Shown: positions 61,408 through 64,000 of the stretch, in pieces
Layout of the letters: each line of letters begins with the position of its first letter
Numbering within the stretch: position 1 is the stretch's first letter
DNA from: Limisphaerales bacterium
GTDB lineage: Bacteria; Verrucomicrobiota; Verrucomicrobiia; Limisphaerales; UBA1412
Length of the DNA stretch: 64,000 bases
NCBI GenBank assembly: GCA_050949405.1
Contig: JBMNFQ010000001.1
Span: forward strand, 168,166 to 232,165
Direction of reading: 5' to 3'
The notes under the pieces: model-generated
Database searches by the model: none
What the model was told of the DNA's origin: nothing
What the model saw: the letters and a program-made list of their open reading frames with translations, nothing else
Translations under genes and position numbers: made by a program

Positions 61408-62739
61408 ATGAGTGTAGGTTATCAACGTATGACGAATTCATCGGCGAGATATCACGAGGGAGAAATTCTGGCCATTATTATGGGCGGCGGCCAGGGCTCG
61501 CGTCTTTTCCCTCTCACCAAGGAGCGCTCCAAGCCGGCGGTCCCGTTGGCCGGTAAGTACAGATTGGTCGATATACCGATCTCCAACTGTATCAATTCAA
61601 ACATACGCAGGATTTACCTCCTCACGCAGTTCAATTCGGCCTCGCTCCATCGCCATATCTCTCAATCCTATAAGTTCGACCAGTTCTCTGATGGCTTTGT
61701 GGAGATTCTGGCCGCTGAGCAGACCTTCTCCAGCAGCACCTGGTATCAGGGGACCGCAGATGCCGTCCGCAAAAACCTGCTTCACTTCGCCCCGAACCAA
61801 AACCGTCATTTCCTGATTCTGAGCGGTGACCAGCTTTACAGAATGGATTTCCGCCCCATCATCCAGCAACATATCGAGACGGATGCAGACTTGACCGTCG
61901 CGACCATTCTCAAAGGACAACGCGACGTCAGCGAGCTGGGCATCATGCAGATTGACGAGACGCGGCGTGTCGTGAACTTTGTCGAAAAACCGAGCGACCC
62001 GGACGTGCAGGAGTCGCTCAAGCTACCCAAAAAGTGGCATACCCGCTTCGGTATCCAAGGCGAGGACGATTCCTACCTGGCCTCCATGGGTATCTATGTC
62101 TTTAAACGCGGCGTGCTCGAAGAGCTGCTCTCCAATAACGACTCCACCGATTTTGGCCGCCACATTATCCCGGAGACAATCAAGACCCATCGCGTCTTTT
62201 CCTACATCTTCCAGGGATATTGGGAGGACATCGGGACGATTCGCAGCTTCTTCGAGGCGAACCTGGCCATGACCGATGAGCTGCCGCCCTTTGATTTCTT
62301 TAACATGCAGGCGCCCATTTATTCGCGCCCGCGCTTCCTGCCGGCCTCCAAAGTTAATGGAGCCAACGTGTTCCATGCCGCAATTTCCGATGGCTGCATC
62401 ATCAACCATGCTCACCTGAGCCAATGCGTCGTCGGCCTGCGAACCGTTATTGAACGCAATGCAAGCCTCAAACGGGTCGTTCTGCTGGGAGGCGACTACT
62501 ACGAAACCGAGGAATCCATCCTGGCGAGCCGCGCCAAAGGAATCCCCAAAATCGGCGTCGGAGAAAATACGATCATCGAAAACGCGATCATTGATAAAGG
62601 AGTACGCATCGGCACCAATTGCGTCATCAAACCCGATGGCAAACCCGACAAGGTGGATAACTCGCCCATGTACTATATCCGCGATGGAATCGTGGTTATC
62701 CCCAAACATGCAATCATTCCCGATAATACGGTCATCTGA
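61408..62739 (+). CDS. glgC: Glucose-1-phosphate adenylyltransferase
   Basis: GGGQGSRLFPLT..RSKPAVP, WYQGTADAVR, LSGDQLY, FVEKP and YWEDIGTI motifs. Confidence 0.97.
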   Translation: MSVGYQRMTNSSARYHEGEILAIIMGGGQGSRLFPLTKERSKPAVPLAGKYRLVDIPISNCINSNIRRIYLLTQFNSASLHRHISQSYKFDQFSDGFVEILAAEQTFSSSTWYQGTADAVRKNLLHFAPNQNRHFLILSGDQLYRMDFRPIIQQHIETDADLTVATILKGQRDVSELGIMQIDETRRVVNFVEKPSDPDVQESLKLPKKWHTRFGIQGEDDSYLASMGIYVFKRGVLEELLSNNDSTDFGRHIIPETIKTHRVFSYIFQGYWEDIGTIRSFFEANLAMTDELPPFDFFNMQAPIYSRPRFLPASKVNGANVFHAAISDGCIINHAHLSQCVVGLRTVIERNASLKRVVLLGGDYYETEESILASRAKGIPKIGVGENTIIENAIIDKGVRIGTNCVIKPDGKPDKVDNSPMYYIRDGIVVIPKHAIIPDNTVI

Positions 62740-62773
62740 CCGGACCGGTCTCGGGAAAGGATAACGGAAATTC

Positions 62774-62810
62774 AAAAGGCTGCCTGGGGAGTGTCCCAAG
62801 GCAGCTTTTT
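62774..62810. terminator. Bidirectional terminator between glgC and marC
   Basis: AAAAGGCTGCCT-GGGGA-GTG-TCCC-AAGGCAGCTTTT hairpin. Confidence 0.75.
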
Positions 62811-62815
62811 CTCTT

Positions 62816-63394
62816 TCAGGCCGCGGCAAGCAGCGAACTCAAATTGGAGGTAAAGAGCTTCACGGCAATCGCCAGGAGGATGATCCCGAAGAATTTACGC
62901 AAGATGTAGACCCCGCCCGCACCCAGCACCTTCTCAAGGATATTGATCTTCCAGATCACCAGATAAATCACGATTACGTTGAGGAAAAGCGCTATCAGGA
63001 TGCTGCTCAGGGCATACTCGGCCCTCAGAGAAAGCAGCGTCGTGAAGGAGCCCGCCCCGGCGATAAAGGGGAAAACGATCGGAACAATCGCATCCATTCC
63101 TTCCGGCCCCTGCAGCTTGAACACCCGTATATCGAAGGTCATCTCCACAGCCACCACGAATATCACCAGCGACCCGGCCACGGCAAATGAAGAAACATCA
63201 ACCCCAAACAGCCGCAGGAGTTGGTCTCCCAGAAAAAGGAAAATCAGAAAAACGGTAAGGGAGTAAAGAGCGGTCCTGCAGGGGTGAATCTTCACTCCGC
63301 GGTTACGGTAATCGATAATGATCGGCGTCAGCCCTGCCATATCGATCACGGCGAACAGCACCACAAACGCGCTCAATACCTCCTGCCAGCTCAT
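62816..63394 (-). CDS. MarC family membrane protein
   Basis: LFAVID, SFAVAG, IVPIVFPFIAGAG and LRKFFGIILLAIAV motifs. Confidence 0.9.
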   Translation of the reverse strand: MSWQEVLSAFVVLFAVIDMAGLTPIIIDYRNRGVKIHPCRTALYSLTVFLIFLFLGDQLLRLFGVDVSSFAVAGSLVIFVVAVEMTFDIRVFKLQGPEGMDAIVPIVFPFIAGAGSFTTLLSLRAEYALSSILIALFLNVIVIYLVIWKINILEKVLGAGGVYILRKFFGIILLAIAVKLFTSNLSSLLAAA

Positions 63395-63616
63395 CCAGTC
63401 TTCAGTTTACTCTTTATCAGGTTACAATAATAACAGCCATAGTAGGTTAACAGCTCCGTCTCCATAAGTCAAGCGGTTCCTTCGTCCACCGCCTTCTAAG
63501 CTCGACTCCCCTTTTAGAGCTTGCCCGCCTTTCAGAACTGCGCTTGAAGTAAGGGGCTGGAAGCGCTAAAATTAAGGGGCGTGCATCGGATTCACTGCAC
63601 GGTTTCTAAAAAACAG

Positions 63617-64000
63617 ATGAGTAAAACCTTCCATGTAGCCATAGTCGGAGCCACTGGCGCTGTCGGCATCGAGATGATTCAAACGCTGGAGAAGCGTAAT
63701 TTCCCTATTGGCAAATTGACGCTGCTGGCCTCTGCGCGCTCTGCGGGCAAGAAGCTCCCTTTCCGCGGGGAAGAAATCGAAATAGAGGAGCTCACCGAAA
63801 ATTCTTTTGGTGGCGTCCAGATCGCCCTGTTCAGTGCCGGAGGCGGTATTTCCCAGAAGTACGCTCCGTTTGCGAAAAAGGCCGGCTGCATCGTGGTCGA
63901 TAACTCCAGCGCTTTTCGCCTGGACCCCGAAGTGCCGCTGGTCATCCCCGAAATTAACGCCGCAGACCTCGCCACTCACAAGGGAATCATCGCCAACCCC
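63617..64000 (+). CDS. asd: Aspartate-semialdehyde dehydrogenase, 5' part (truncated by window; not in ORF track)
   Basis: Manual translation: MSKTFHVAIVGATGAVGIEM...LASARSAGK...FSAGG...VDNSSAFR...VPLVIPEIN...IIANP. Confidence 0.95.
   Translation, partial: MSKTFHVAIVGATGAVGIEMIQTLEKRNFPIGKLTLLASARSAGKKLPFRGEEIEIEELTENSFGGVQIALFSAGGGISQKYAPFAKKAGCIVVDNSSAFRLDPEVPLVIPEINAADLATHKGIIANP

Noticed and set aside
50800-61425. Dozens of short ORFs (VAPFTGAWIET / SHPSRVRGLK / VSIHAPVKGAT repeats)
   Set aside because: They are translations of the CRISPR repeat-spacer units, not genes.

Overview
64 kb of bacterial chromosome. The gene content suggests Verrucomicrobia (inference): ThuA-DUF1080, TIGR03790, Tat-exported Gfo/Idh/MocA and sugar epimerases, and BspA proteins ending in a (F/Y)YR(L/I) motif. 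Positions 1-42 kb hold housekeeping and carbohydrate genes: ComM/YifB fragment, GH5 fusion, nadD, HPr, tRNA-Gln, nucleoside MFS, znuACB-type ABC transporter, rpsR, rpmG, DksA/TraR, ffh, tRNA-Tyr, three BspA LRR proteins, recA, an orphan NuoN-like gene, DegT, O-antigen ligase-like and TPR genes. Positions 42.2-61.3 kb hold a type I-C CRISPR-Cas locus (cas3-cas5-cas8c-cas7-cas4-cas1-cas2) with about 158 repeats, followed by glgC, marC and the start of asd. The CRISPR locus has four unusual features. (1) A contiguous block of 16 leader-proximal spacers is 26-49 nt long, often hairpin-forming and nearly all A-starting, versus 32-37 nt elsewhere. (2) Cas8c carries two tandem Cas11-like domains, and only the second has an RBS and ATG. 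(3) The cas3 HD domain is broken by an in-frame TAG followed by a restart ATG with a Shine-Dalgarno (SD)-like site. (4) cas8c and 5' cas7 are much more AT-rich than their neighbours. All counts and compositions were read by eye; nothing was computed or searched.
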